From a virus (Duplodnaviria > Caudoviricetes): DNA of 31,742 nt. The stretch lies in IMG/VR virus record IMGVR_UViG_3300037604_000004, positions 1 through 31,742 of that record; one strand, 5' to 3'. Below the pieces are notes generated by a model. The model was not told the origin of the DNA, made no database searches, and was given only the letters and a program-made list of their open reading frames with translations. A program made the position numbers and the translations under genes. How positions within the stretch are numbered: the stretch's first letter is position 1; the number at the start of each line of letters is the position of its first letter. Below are positions 15,852 through 25,171 of the stretch, one piece after another.

Positions 15852-17423
15852 ATGGATAAGATTACTCATCAACCCTGTCCCTATGTGGATTGTAGTTCAA
15901 GCGATGCTTTCGTCTACTGGTTAGATGATTGTAATGGGTTCTGCCAATCCTGTAGTTCCAATTATCCAAAGGATAAAGGGGAGTTGTATAGCTGGGCAGA
16001 AGATAAATACCCGACACGTAAAGGAGACGTTATGTCGTTTACTCCAAAGGCTGTGAAAGTCGAGAACCCGTCCAGTGGAAAATATGAACCACTGCGAGGT
16101 ATTCTAGCCCCCACGATGGAAAAGTATGGTGTATATACATATCCCGATCGTCAGGAATATGTTTACCCCAGCGGGGGAATTAAGGTCCGTACTCTGCCAG
16201 AGAAGGGCTTCTACGCTAAGAATGGTTTCAAGGGTGATGAACTCTTTGGCATGAACCTATTCCCTGCTGGTAGCTCCAAGAAGGTTACCATCACAGAGGG
16301 TGAGCTGGATGCCATGTCTGTTTATCAGATGATGGATCATCGTTACATTAACCCTGTTGTGTCGTTGCCATCAGCTAACCCATCTAAGAAGCTCTGGGAG
16401 AAGTGTGCTGATTGGCTAAACTCGTTTGATCAGATTGTGTTGTCCGTAGACAATGATGATGCTGGTAATGAGTTGGCTAGTCGTATGTCTAAGATGTTCC
16501 CTAACAAGGTCTACCGTGTAGATCATGGTGAACACAAAGATGCTAATGAAATCCTACAGGCTGGTAAGTCTAAGCAGTTTATGGCTGCATGGTGGGGAGC
16601 ACAGAAATACGTACCTGAGAATATCCTGAACACCACAGAACAGTTTCTGTCGTTGTACAAGGATACCCCAGAGCATCAATATGTGCCAACTGGCATTCAA
16701 GCACTAGACGACAAGATCATGGGTCTTATGCAAGGTCACTTCACAGTGATTAAGGCCCCTACAGGTATCGGTAAGACAGAGGTCATGCGTTTCCTAGAGT
16801 ACAACATGCTACAACGTGGTATTCCTATCGCTGCTTGGCACCTAGAGGAAACTAAACTTCGTAGTCTCTTGGGTCTGGTAAGTTACCATTTGAAAGATAA
16901 CGTAACACGCCGTGATCTTATTGATGAGAAGAACATGGGTGATGAGGTTGTTGAGGCAATCAAAGACTTGACCAAAGATGAGAACTTCTACCAGTTCTAT
17001 TTGGGTGATGGTCAAGGTGCTGATGATCTTATCGACCAAATTCGTTTCTTTAGTCAAGCTGCTGGTTGTAAGTTTGTCTTCTTTGAGCCTATCCAAGACG
17101 TTGTAGCTGGCACGTCAGAGGAAAGCAAAGAGTCTATGCTTGCAGACTTGTCTATCCGCCTGTCTAAACTAGCTGCTGAGTTGAATGTCGGTATTGTTAC
17201 CATTGCTCACACTAACGAGAATGGTGATCCAAAGTACTGTAAGATGATTGGGCAACGTGCATCGGTCATTATTGACTTGCAACGTGACAAAGAAGCTGAT
17301 AGCTTGGAAGAACGTAACACGACATACATTCGTGTTGAAAAGAACCGTCCTTGTTCAGAAGAGGGTAGTGCTGGCATGATGCGGTTTAACTCTGACACAT
17401 TTACCTTAAGGGAGGTACTATGA
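15852..17423 (+). CDS. DNA primase/helicase (T7 gp4-like)
   Basis: Zn finger CP..DC.SSDA...C..C; TOPRIM ITEGELDA and DNDDAG; Walker A APTGIGKT; KNR motif. Confidence 0.93.
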   Translation: MDKITHQPCPYVDCSSSDAFVYWLDDCNGFCQSCSSNYPKDKGELYSWAEDKYPTRKGDVMSFTPKAVKVENPSSGKYEPLRGILAPTMEKYGVYTYPDRQEYVYPSGGIKVRTLPEKGFYAKNGFKGDELFGMNLFPAGSSKKVTITEGELDAMSVYQMMDHRYINPVVSLPSANPSKKLWEKCADWLNSFDQIVLSVDNDDAGNELASRMSKMFPNKVYRVDHGEHKDANEILQAGKSKQFMAAWWGAQKYVPENILNTTEQFLSLYKDTPEHQYVPTGIQALDDKIMGLMQGHFTVIKAPTGIGKTEVMRFLEYNMLQRGIPIAAWHLEETKLRSLLGLVSYHLKDNVTRRDLIDEKNMGDEVVEAIKDLTKDENFYQFYLGDGQGADDLIDQIRFFSQAAGCKFVFFEPIQDVVAGTSEESKESMLADLSIRLSKLAAELNVGIVTIAHTNENGDPKYCKMIGQRASVIIDLQRDKEADSLEERNTTYIRVEKNRPCSEEGSAGMMRFNSDTFTLREVL

Positions 17424-17794
17424 CTAAGGCTTGCAAACTTTGTGGGGAAGAGAAACCAACAGAAGACTTCTACGCACACCCAGATACTAAAGATGGTAAA
17501 TTTACTGTGTGTAAGACTTGTTACAGTGCTAGGGAAAACCTTAAGAACAGGCTAAAGGTTGGTTTTGCAGCATTAAAGACAGATCATTGTGAGTGTTGTG
17601 GAAGAACTGATGTTCCTGTTCACCTAGATCACTGCCATCAAGATAATCTGTTTAGGGGTTTCCTATGTCGATCCTGTAACAAGACTATTGGTATGAGGGG
17701 AGATAATTACACCTCTGTGATGGAGTCTGGTTCTGACCAAATGTACTTAGACTACTTGCGTATGGCAAACTACAGAATGGGTAAAATTGTATGA
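17420..17794 (+). CDS. Endonuclease VII-family (His-Me finger) nuclease
   Basis: CECCG...LDHCH...FRGFLCRSCN, plus N-terminal CKLC...F...CKTC Zn ribbon. Confidence 0.85.
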   Translation: MTKACKLCGEEKPTEDFYAHPDTKDGKFTVCKTCYSARENLKNRLKVGFAALKTDHCECCGRTDVPVHLDHCHQDNLFRGFLCRSCNKTIGMRGDNYTSVMESGSDQMYLDYLRMANYRMGKIV

Positions 17795-19638
17795 CAGTAT
17801 TCGATATTGAGACTGATGGTCTTCTTGATGAGCTAACTAAGATACACGTTCTGTCGTGGTCTAACGATGGTGGAAAGACAGTCTTTTCTGTAAGCGACTA
17901 TGATGACATGAGAGATGTTCTTCTGAACAGTGAAACTCTAATTGGTCACAACATCATCCGCTTTGACATCCCCGCAGTGGAAAAAGTGCTGGGTATCAAG
18001 GTAACTGCACGTCTTGTGGACACCCTTGCGCTGTCTTGGTATCTCAACCATGATCGCATCAAGCATGGTCTTGAGGGCTACGGAGAGGACTATGGAGTAC
18101 CCAAGCCTGTCATTAAGGACTGGAACAGCCTAACGTATGAAGAGTATGCTCACCGATGCACTGAGGACGTTAAGATCAACTCACGTCTCTGGCGTGATCT
18201 AGACCTTAAGCTCAACAAGCTGTATCAAGACCCAACAGAGAAAGATCGCCTGATTGACTACCTCTCGTTTAAACTTGATTGTATGCGAGAGCAGGAACAC
18301 CTCGGTTGGAAACTTGATGTAGAACGCACACAGAAGGCGTATGACGACATCATGGCTCTTAAGCAGGAGAAGGAGCAACAACTAGCAGAGGCTATGCCTA
18401 AGCGCATCCTAACGGCTGTACGTACAAAGCCTAAGGTCATGGAGAAGAAAGACGGGTCTCTGTCTAGTCATGGTGAACGGTGGGTCGCACTATGTGCGGA
18501 GAATAAGATGCCAATCTCCGCAAACAGCATCACTGTTGTAGTTGGTGAGGAACGTGGTAACCCCAATTCTAACGACCAAGTAAAGCAGTGGCTCTTTGGT
18601 CTGGGTTGGCAACCTCGTACTTGGAAGTTTGTTCGTGACAAGAAAACTGGAGAGGAGAGGAAGATTGAACAAGTTCGTAAAGATGGTGAACTCTGTGAAA
18701 GTGTTCGTGAGCTTGCACAATGTGACCCTGCGGTTGATCTGCTTGATGGTCTCACTGTTCTTACTCATCGGGCTGGCATTCTTAAGTCCTTCCTAGATGG
18801 ACATAAAGACGGATACCTAAAGGCAGAGGTTGCAGGGTTTACAAACACTCTACGGTTTCGTCATGCAAAGCCTTTGGTCAATCTACCATCTGTAGACAAA
18901 CCTTATGGTGATGTTATCCGTGGTGTTCTTACCTGTCCTGATGGTTACACACTAGCTGGTGCTGACATGACATCCCTAGAGGATACCACTAAGCGTCACT
19001 ACATGAAGCCATTGGACCCTGACTACGTAGAAGAAATGTCTCGTGAAGGGTTTGACCCTCACCTCGACTTGGCTAAGTTTGCTGGTGATGTGACCCAACA
19101 AGAGATTGACGACTACAATGCTGGTAAACGTCCTGACATCAAGTCTCTTCGTAAGGCTTACAAGGTCGTTAACTACAGTGCTACGTATGGTGTAGGAGCC
19201 GCCAAACTAGCTCGTGAGACGGGTAAGTCTGAGAAAGAGGCTAAGGCACTTCTAGACGCATTCTGGAAGCGTAACTGGTCTATTGAGGCTATTGCTAAGA
19301 AGCTGAGTGTACGTGAGGTTTCTGGTGGTATGTGGGTTAAGAACCCCGTCTCTGGTTTCTGGTATAGCTTACGTTCCGAAAAGGATCGTTTCTCTACCCT
19401 GAACCAAGGTACTGGTGTGTATTGTTTCGATAACTGGGTTGCATTCTGTCGTAAGCAGGGTCTACAGACTATCGGACAGTTCCATGATGAAATCATTGCC
19501 CTTGTTAAAGAGGGCGAGGAGCAACAGACAAAGGATAAGATGGCATGGGCAGTTGATAAACTGAATGACAAACTGAAGCTAAATGTTCCCCTTGGGACAG
19601 ATGTGCAGTTCGGCAAAACTTATGCTGACATCCACTAG
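17791..19638 (+). CDS. polA: DNA polymerase family A with 3'-5' exonuclease
   Basis: ExoI FDIET, ExoII GHNIIRFD; motif A GADMTSLE, motif B RKAYKVVNYSATYG, motif C FHDE. Confidence 0.95.
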   Translation: MTVFDIETDGLLDELTKIHVLSWSNDGGKTVFSVSDYDDMRDVLLNSETLIGHNIIRFDIPAVEKVLGIKVTARLVDTLALSWYLNHDRIKHGLEGYGEDYGVPKPVIKDWNSLTYEEYAHRCTEDVKINSRLWRDLDLKLNKLYQDPTEKDRLIDYLSFKLDCMREQEHLGWKLDVERTQKAYDDIMALKQEKEQQLAEAMPKRILTAVRTKPKVMEKKDGSLSSHGERWVALCAENKMPISANSITVVVGEERGNPNSNDQVKQWLFGLGWQPRTWKFVRDKKTGEERKIEQVRKDGELCESVRELAQCDPAVDLLDGLTVLTHRAGILKSFLDGHKDGYLKAEVAGFTNTLRFRHAKPLVNLPSVDKPYGDVIRGVLTCPDGYTLAGADMTSLEDTTKRHYMKPLDPDYVEEMSREGFDPHLDLAKFAGDVTQQEIDDYNAGKRPDIKSLRKAYKVVNYSATYGVGAAKLARETGKSEKEAKALLDAFWKRNWSIEAIAKKLSVREVSGGMWVKNPVSGFWYSLRSEKDRFSTLNQGTGVYCFDNWVAFCRKQGLQTIGQFHDEIIALVKEGEEQQTKDKMAWAVDKLNDKLKLNVPLGTDVQFGKTYADIH

Positions 19639-19700
19639 TGAGTCTTTACTGCAACACTTTCTAAAGACTAGCTAGACTACACAAAAAGGTATCTCAGCTC

Positions 19701-19730
19701 ACTTTACTTTTACGATCTGAGGTGCCTATA
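19701..19730 (+). promoter_or_regulatory. Phage-specific promoter ACTTTACT-N8-CTGAGGTGCCTATA (SSB / nucleotide metabolism operon)
   Basis: Third exact copy, intergenic. Confidence 0.8.
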
Positions 19731-19793
19731 GTATATTACCTACAGAGACTTGCCATGTCTCTTACATCCCTTTAATGAGAAAGGAACCCGACA

Positions 19794-20339
19794 ATGGCTA
19801 AATACACTTTTGATATGGTGCTCGAATACGCAAAGGTATTCCCAGAGAATGCTGACATGGGTGACCCAAACGGTAACACCATTTCCAAATCAATCTTCGA
19901 CAAAGGTGGTCAGTATATCGTAAATGCTTACTTTACCAGTCAAGACGACATCGACAAGCTGGTAGCTGACGGTATGCAAACTGTTATCCTCGGTAACCCA
20001 CGAGTGATTGAGGGTAATGCTGAGTACGGTATCGGTAAATACATCAAGCTGAAACGACCAGTTGCTGATGTCATCAAGACATTCGAAAACAAACGTGGTC
20101 CTGTTGAGGTAAACTACGGTGGTCCCGTTGGTGTAGTTGATCTTCGTGACCCTGCTAACAAGCGTTGGTGGTCGCTTGAGGAAGATGGTCCTCTGGGCAA
20201 TGGCACAAAGGCTAAGGTTCAGTTCGATCTGTACTCCAATGGTGCTGGTCTTCGACTTGAGAACATTGGTGTTACCGAACACGTTGCTTACGAAGAGTAT
20301 GTTGGCAACGATGACGATGACATCTTTAAGGTAGCATAA
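19794..20339 (+). CDS. Single-stranded DNA-binding protein (T7 gp2.5-like, probable)
   Basis: LGNGTKAKV motif, acidic C-terminal tail with aromatic residue (DDDDIF), position after the polymerase. Confidence 0.65.
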   Translation: MAKYTFDMVLEYAKVFPENADMGDPNGNTISKSIFDKGGQYIVNAYFTSQDDIDKLVADGMQTVILGNPRVIEGNAEYGIGKYIKLKRPVADVIKTFENKRGPVEVNYGGPVGVVDLRDPANKRWWSLEEDGPLGNGTKAKVQFDLYSNGAGLRLENIGVTEHVAYEEYVGNDDDDIFKVA

Positions 20340-20548
20340 TGAAAGTATCTATCCTATTCGAGTATGACCCAGAGGAAGTTGGTTACAATGGCTCAGTTTT
20401 CCTTACACGTGAGTGTGTTGGAGACCTTAACGGTTTGGCACAGCTATTTGCAGATGCTGCCCGTGCTTCTGGTTTCACTTACGTAGAAGATGTTGCCTTT
20501 GAGAAAGACGATGGAAGCATTGTCTGGGGATTAGGTGACTGGGGTTGA
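20339..20548 (+). CDS. Hypothetical protein
   Basis: TAATG coupling. Confidence 0.7.
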   Translation: MKVSILFEYDPEEVGYNGSVFLTRECVGDLNGLAQLFADAARASGFTYVEDVAFEKDDGSIVWGLGDWG

Positions 20549-21240
20549 TACAGGGGAAGGTTCTAATCGACGGTGACATTGTTGCCTATCGTGCGGCCTT
20601 CTCCACTCAGAACGACTTTCCCAAGGATGCCATTGCTAAGTGTGATGAGCTTATGGAATACATCCTTGGGAAGACACTTATCTTTGCAAACCCTGACGAA
20701 TACGAAGTGTTCCTGACGGGTGGTGGCAACTTCCGCTTTGATATAGCCAAGTCAGCCCCGTATAAGGGTAACAGGAAGGGTGAGAAGCCCATCCACCTGC
20801 CTACTGTACGGGAACACATGGTTAGCCAGTGGGGGGCTATTGTTAGTGATGGTGAGGAAGCAGATGACCTAATCGGTATTGCAGCTACAAAGTATGGACC
20901 AGATACTGTAGTCGCCTCTATCGACAAAGACATGTTGCAAATCCCTTGTCGTCACTATAACTTTACAAGGGATGAGTGGACAGAAGTTTCTGAGTTGGAA
21001 GGCACCAAATTCTTCTACAAGCAAATCCTCACTGGGGATAGTGCTGATAACATTGTCGGACTACATGGGATCGGGCCTAAGAAGGCTTCTGTCCTAATCG
21101 ACACCTTAGCCACAGAAGAAGATATGTGGGATTGTGTCGTTAAGATGTATAACGGTGATGTTGATCGTGTAGTAGAGAACGCAAGGCTGTTATGGCTACG
21201 CAGAAAAGAGGGGGAGTTGTGGCAACCGCCAGTGCAATAA
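20545..21240 (+). CDS. 5'-3' exonuclease / RNase H (T7 gp6-like)
   Basis: LIDGD, YKGNR, EADD, SIDKD, GDSADNIVG and GIGPKKA motifs. Confidence 0.92.
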   Translation: MIQGKVLIDGDIVAYRAAFSTQNDFPKDAIAKCDELMEYILGKTLIFANPDEYEVFLTGGGNFRFDIAKSAPYKGNRKGEKPIHLPTVREHMVSQWGAIVSDGEEADDLIGIAATKYGPDTVVASIDKDMLQIPCRHYNFTRDEWTEVSELEGTKFFYKQILTGDSADNIVGLHGIGPKKASVLIDTLATEEDMWDCVVKMYNGDVDRVVENARLLWLRRKEGELWQPPVQ

Positions 21241-21602
21241 AGCATGGCTATAGGTCTGGACTAGAGAAACGGGAACAGGATCGTCTCACAGAGTTGGGTG
21301 TGGACTTCGAGTATGAGTCCTTTAAGATTGAGTACGAAGTTAACGAGAAACGTAAGTACACACCCGACTTCCTGTTACCAAATGGTATTGTGATTGAAAC
21401 AAAGGGGAGGTTTACTGCTGCGGACAGAAAGAAACACCTGCTGGTAAAACAGCAACACCCTGAGTACGACATACGTTTTGTCTTTTCTAACTCTAGACAA
21501 AAGCTAAACAAGGGTGCTAAGTCAACCTATGGAGATTGGTGTGAGAAGCATGGCTTTCTTTATGCCGACAAACAAATACCACAAGAGTGGATAGAGGAAT
21601 AG
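21219..21602 (+). CDS. Endonuclease I / Holliday junction resolvase (T7 gp3-like)
   Basis: GYRSGLE, YTPDF, IETKGRF, DRKKHL and DIRFVF motifs. Start is GTG 21219 or ATG 21192. Confidence 0.92.
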   Translation: MATASAIKHGYRSGLEKREQDRLTELGVDFEYESFKIEYEVNEKRKYTPDFLLPNGIVIETKGRFTAADRKKHLLVKQQHPEYDIRFVFSNSRQKLNKGAKSTYGDWCEKHGFLYADKQIPQEWIEE

Positions 21603-21605
21603 ACA

Positions 21606-21869
21606 ATGTGGAAGAAACTCAAGGCACTCTTCGCTAAGAAGAAACCTCAGCTTATTATCTATCATGTGCATGAAGGCCCTATGCACGTAGATGATATTCC
21701 TGATATTGATTTGGATGAGTTGGGTGACCTTGAGTTTTGTCTGCTTTGTAAGGTTGAATTGGATGGTAGTGTGTTCGACGATCTTGTGTGGTTCGAGACC
21801 TTAGAAGAAGCACTGCTGATCAAGGAACAATTCAAATACTCTATCGCACCAGTGGTTTTGGAGTTCTAA
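21606..21869 (+). CDS. Hypothetical protein
   Basis: GAGGA RBS. Confidence 0.7.
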   Translation: MWKKLKALFAKKKPQLIIYHVHEGPMHVDDIPDIDLDELGDLEFCLLCKVELDGSVFDDLVWFETLEEALLIKEQFKYSIAPVVLEF

Positions 21870-22411
21870 TGGGTAAGAGAAGCAATTACGAACGTGTCCC
21901 ACGGGACTACTACCCGACACCATACAGTGCTGTTCAACCTCTACTAGAGCACCTCCCAGAGAGGGAATTTGACTACGTAGAGCCTTGTGCTGGTGATGGT
22001 CGTCTCGTGGGACACATCAGTGAGTTGACTGACGGTTTAGGCAAGTGCATCTTTATGTCAGATATTGAACCTCGTGCTGAGGGGATATATCAGAATGATG
22101 CCCTTGACCTTTACTTCCCTGAGAATGTGGTTGACTTGTGCATCACTAACCCACCTTGGGATCGAAGTGTGCTTCATCCGTTTATCTGGCACTGGATGGA
22201 GATTGCCCCTACTTGGTTGCTTTTTGATGCTGACTGGATGCACACAAGACAGTCTGCGACACTTATGACCTACTGCACTAAGATCGTGTCTGTTGGTCGT
22301 GTTAAGTGGATTGAGGGTAGTAAGAATACAGGAAAAGATAACTGCTGTTGGTATCTCTTTGATGCCAATGGAAACGACAAACCCACAGAGTTTTACGGGA
22401 GACTATGCTAG
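21869..22411 (+). CDS. DNA amino-methyltransferase (N6-A / N4-C type), orphan
   Basis: DYYPTP, motif I EPCAGDG, catalytic ITNPPW; TAATG coupling. Confidence 0.85.
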   Translation: MGKRSNYERVPRDYYPTPYSAVQPLLEHLPEREFDYVEPCAGDGRLVGHISELTDGLGKCIFMSDIEPRAEGIYQNDALDLYFPENVVDLCITNPPWDRSVLHPFIWHWMEIAPTWLLFDADWMHTRQSATLMTYCTKIVSVGRVKWIEGSKNTGKDNCCWYLFDANGNDKPTEFYGRLC

Positions 22412-22818
22412 TGTTGAAACGTGACGACATAGAAGATATGGGGTATGCTTACTACAGCAACCCAGAGAGTAAGTATGAGACACCTATGGACATGGTGAAA
22501 GAGTTCTCACGGATCATGCAACAACTCCCTAATCCTGCACTGTATGCAGCCCTGATTGCAGAGGAAGCGGATGAATGGCGTTCTGAGTATCTACACGACA
22601 CAAAGGCTGAACAGCTAAAGGAGCTTGCTGACCTAGCTTATGTTGTGTTTGGTTATGCTAACGCTAAGGGCTGGGATTTGATGGAAGCTATTGCCCGTGT
22701 CCACAAGAATAATGTTGGTCGTTGCATCCAGCCTGATGGCTCTGTTAAACGCCGTGAAGATGGTAAAGTGATGAAGAACCCTAACTACCCGAAGGTTGAC
22801 TTGAATGACTTGGTTTAG
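22405..22818 (+). CDS. MazG-like / PRA-PH-like NTP pyrophosphohydrolase
   Basis: LIAEEADE...LKELADLAYV...VHKNN...REDGKVMK.PNY motifs. Confidence 0.85.
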   Translation: MLVLKRDDIEDMGYAYYSNPESKYETPMDMVKEFSRIMQQLPNPALYAALIAEEADEWRSEYLHDTKAEQLKELADLAYVVFGYANAKGWDLMEAIARVHKNNVGRCIQPDGSVKRREDGKVMKNPNYPKVDLNDLV

Positions 22819-22984
22819 ACGCTACATCAACTATCTCCGTACATGGAGAGCACACCGCAAGGTGATCAAAGAACTTAACCAGTTGACTGACAAGCAACTA
22901 TGGGATATTGGCCTAAATCGTGGCGACATCAGTCACCTAATCTGGCTAGAAGAAGACAAACAAAAACGAGGATCGAATGAATAA
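22805..22984 (+). CDS. DUF1127 (YjiS/CcaF1-like) small protein (59 aa)
   Basis: Missing from ORF track; WRAHRKVIKELNQLTDKQLWDIGLNRGDI matches the DUF1127 pattern; fills the gap between the MazG-like gene and RNR. Confidence 0.85.
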   Translation: MTWFRRYINYLRTWRAHRKVIKELNQLTDKQLWDIGLNRGDISHLIWLEEDKQKRGSNE

Positions 22985-24881
22985 CTATCTCCCCACTGAC
23001 TACCAATCCTTTATCCACACCTCTCGTTATGCTCGTTGGCTTGATGATAAGCAACGCCGTGAGAATTGGGGAGAGACTGTCTCACGTTATATGACCGAAG
23101 TGGTTGTACCTAAAACCCGTGATGAAGTTATTCTTGACGATCTCGAAGAGGCTATCCTGAACCTTGAGGTCATGCCCTCTATGCGGGCTGTAATGACTGC
23201 TGGCCCTGCTCTTGATCGTGACAACACTGCTGGTTATAACTGCTCCTATCTCCCTGTGGATGACCCCAAGTCCTTCGATGAAGCTATGTTCATCCTGCTC
23301 TGTGGCACTGGTGTAGGGTTCTCTGTTGAACGACAGTTTGTCACTAAGCTGCCAGAGGTTCCTGACACCCTGTTTAAGAGTGACACGACAGTTATCGTTA
23401 AGGACAGCAAAGAGGGTTGGGCTAAGGCACTACGTCAAGTTATCGCATTGCTGTACTCTGGTGAAATTCCACAGTGGGACGTATCCAAAGTTCGTCCTGC
23501 GGGTGCCAAGCTAAAGACCTTTGGTGGTCGAGCATCTGGTCCAGCCCCTCTGGTGGAATTGTTCAACTTTGTCGTTGCCAAGTTTGTTGGTGCTAAGGGT
23601 CGTAAGCTATCGTCCATTGAATGCCACGACATCATGTGTAAGATTGGTGAGGTTGTTGTAGTTGGTGGTGTACGCCGTTCAGCTATGATCTCTCTGTCTA
23701 ACCTCTCTGATGACCGTATGCGTCATGCTAAGAGTGGTGCATGGTGGGAGAACGAACCACAACGTGCCTTGGCTAACAACTCTGTAAGCTACACAGAGAA
23801 GCCTGATGCACTGTCATTCATGCGTGAGTGGATGGCTCTTGTTGAGAGTGGTTCTGGTGAACGTGGCATCTTTAACCGACAGGCATCTGTCAAACAAGCT
23901 GCTAAGAATGGTCGTCGTGATACTAACTACGAGTTTGGGACTAACCCCTGCTCAGAGATCATCCTTCGTCCCTATCAGTTCTGTAACTTGACAGAGGTTG
24001 TTGTACGAGCTACCGACACTATCGAAGACCTTGAACGTAAAGTTAAGTTGGCTACGATCCTTGGTACGATCCAGTCTACTTATACTAAGTTCCCTTATCT
24101 TCGTAAGATTTGGCAGAAGAACACAGAAGAAGAACGTCTGTTGGGTGTTAGCTTGACAGGTATCATGGACAACCGTCTGATGACTACGGATAACGCAGCA
24201 TTGGACAAAACTCTGGAGCATCTGAAAAGTGTTGCTATTGCTACAAACGCTGAGTGGGCTGAACGTCTTGGCATTCCTGTTTCTGCTGCTATTACCTGCG
24301 TTAAACCTTCGGGGACGGTATCTCAGTTGGTTGACAGTGCCAGCGGTATTCATGCTCGTCACTCAGCCTATTATATTCGTACTGTCCGTGGCGATGTAAA
24401 AGACCCTCTGACACAGTTTATGAAGGATCAAGGTATCCCGAATGAGCCGTGTGTAATGAAACCTGACTCCACTGTAGTGTTCTCCTTCCCTATGAAGGCC
24501 CCACAGGATGCTGTACTGACAGAGGATGTTACGGCTATTGAACAGTTGAAGATGTGGCTTGCATACCAACGACACTGGTGTGAGCATAAGCCCTCCGTGA
24601 CAATCAATGTCCGTAGTGATGAGTGGTTTGAAGTAGGTGCCTTTGTGTACAAACACTTTGACGAAATGTCTGGTGTGTCGTTCCTACCCTACAACGAACA
24701 TACCTATCAACAGGCTCCTTACCAAGAGGTTGGTAAAACAGAGTACGATAACCTTCTGGCTCTTATGCCAAAAGCTATCGACTGGGCAAAGCTCTCTGAC
24801 TACGAGAGTGAGGATAGCACTAAGGGTTCACAGACATTCGCTTGTGTCGGTGGTTCCTGTGAGATCGTAGACTTGACTTAA
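22977..24881 (+). CDS. nrdJ: Class II adenosylcobalamin-dependent ribonucleotide reductase
   Basis: NCSY, GTGVGFS, VVVGGVRRSA, TNPCSEI, TCVKPSGT and C-terminal CVGGSC; no beta subunit nearby. Confidence 0.92.
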   Translation: MNNYLPTDYQSFIHTSRYARWLDDKQRRENWGETVSRYMTEVVVPKTRDEVILDDLEEAILNLEVMPSMRAVMTAGPALDRDNTAGYNCSYLPVDDPKSFDEAMFILLCGTGVGFSVERQFVTKLPEVPDTLFKSDTTVIVKDSKEGWAKALRQVIALLYSGEIPQWDVSKVRPAGAKLKTFGGRASGPAPLVELFNFVVAKFVGAKGRKLSSIECHDIMCKIGEVVVVGGVRRSAMISLSNLSDDRMRHAKSGAWWENEPQRALANNSVSYTEKPDALSFMREWMALVESGSGERGIFNRQASVKQAAKNGRRDTNYEFGTNPCSEIILRPYQFCNLTEVVVRATDTIEDLERKVKLATILGTIQSTYTKFPYLRKIWQKNTEEERLLGVSLTGIMDNRLMTTDNAALDKTLEHLKSVAIATNAEWAERLGIPVSAAITCVKPSGTVSQLVDSASGIHARHSAYYIRTVRGDVKDPLTQFMKDQGIPNEPCVMKPDSTVVFSFPMKAPQDAVLTEDVTAIEQLKMWLAYQRHWCEHKPSVTINVRSDEWFEVGAFVYKHFDEMSGVSFLPYNEHTYQQAPYQEVGKTEYDNLLALMPKAIDWAKLSDYESEDSTKGSQTFACVGGSCEIVDLT

Positions 24882-24886
24882 GGTTT

Positions 24887-24900
24887 GGGGCTTCGGCCCC
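24887..24900 (+). terminator. cUUCGg hairpin after nrdJ (weak terminator or stabiliser)
   Basis: GGGGC-TTCG-GCCCC followed by only TT. Confidence 0.5.
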
Positions 24901-24922
24901 TTACCACCCCCACGGAGGAAAT

Positions 24923-25162
24923 ATGGCATATACAGTTATCAGCAGGTATCGTTGCACATGGTGTGACAAAGCAGAGGATTTGTTGTATGAAGTAGGTATC
25001 GAATACAACAAGTATCCCCTAGAAGAGCATATGTGGATCAGGACAATGCTGCTTAAGTCAGACATGACTACAGTCCCACAAATCTTTGACCATAATGGTG
25101 TATTGATTGGTGGCTATGAGGAGTTGGCTCAACACATCAATAACCTAGACATCTACCAGTAA
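24923..25162 (+). CDS. Glutaredoxin
   Basis: CTWC, TVPQIF and IGGY motifs; adjacent to RNR. Confidence 0.9.
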   Translation: MAYTVISRYRCTWCDKAEDLLYEVGIEYNKYPLEEHMWIRTMLLKSDMTTVPQIFDHNGVLIGGYEELAQHINNLDIYQ

Positions 25163-25171
25163 GGACATACA

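Noticed and set aside
23011-23019. DnaA box TTATCCACA
   Set aside because: Single copy inside the RNR coding sequence; compatible with chance.
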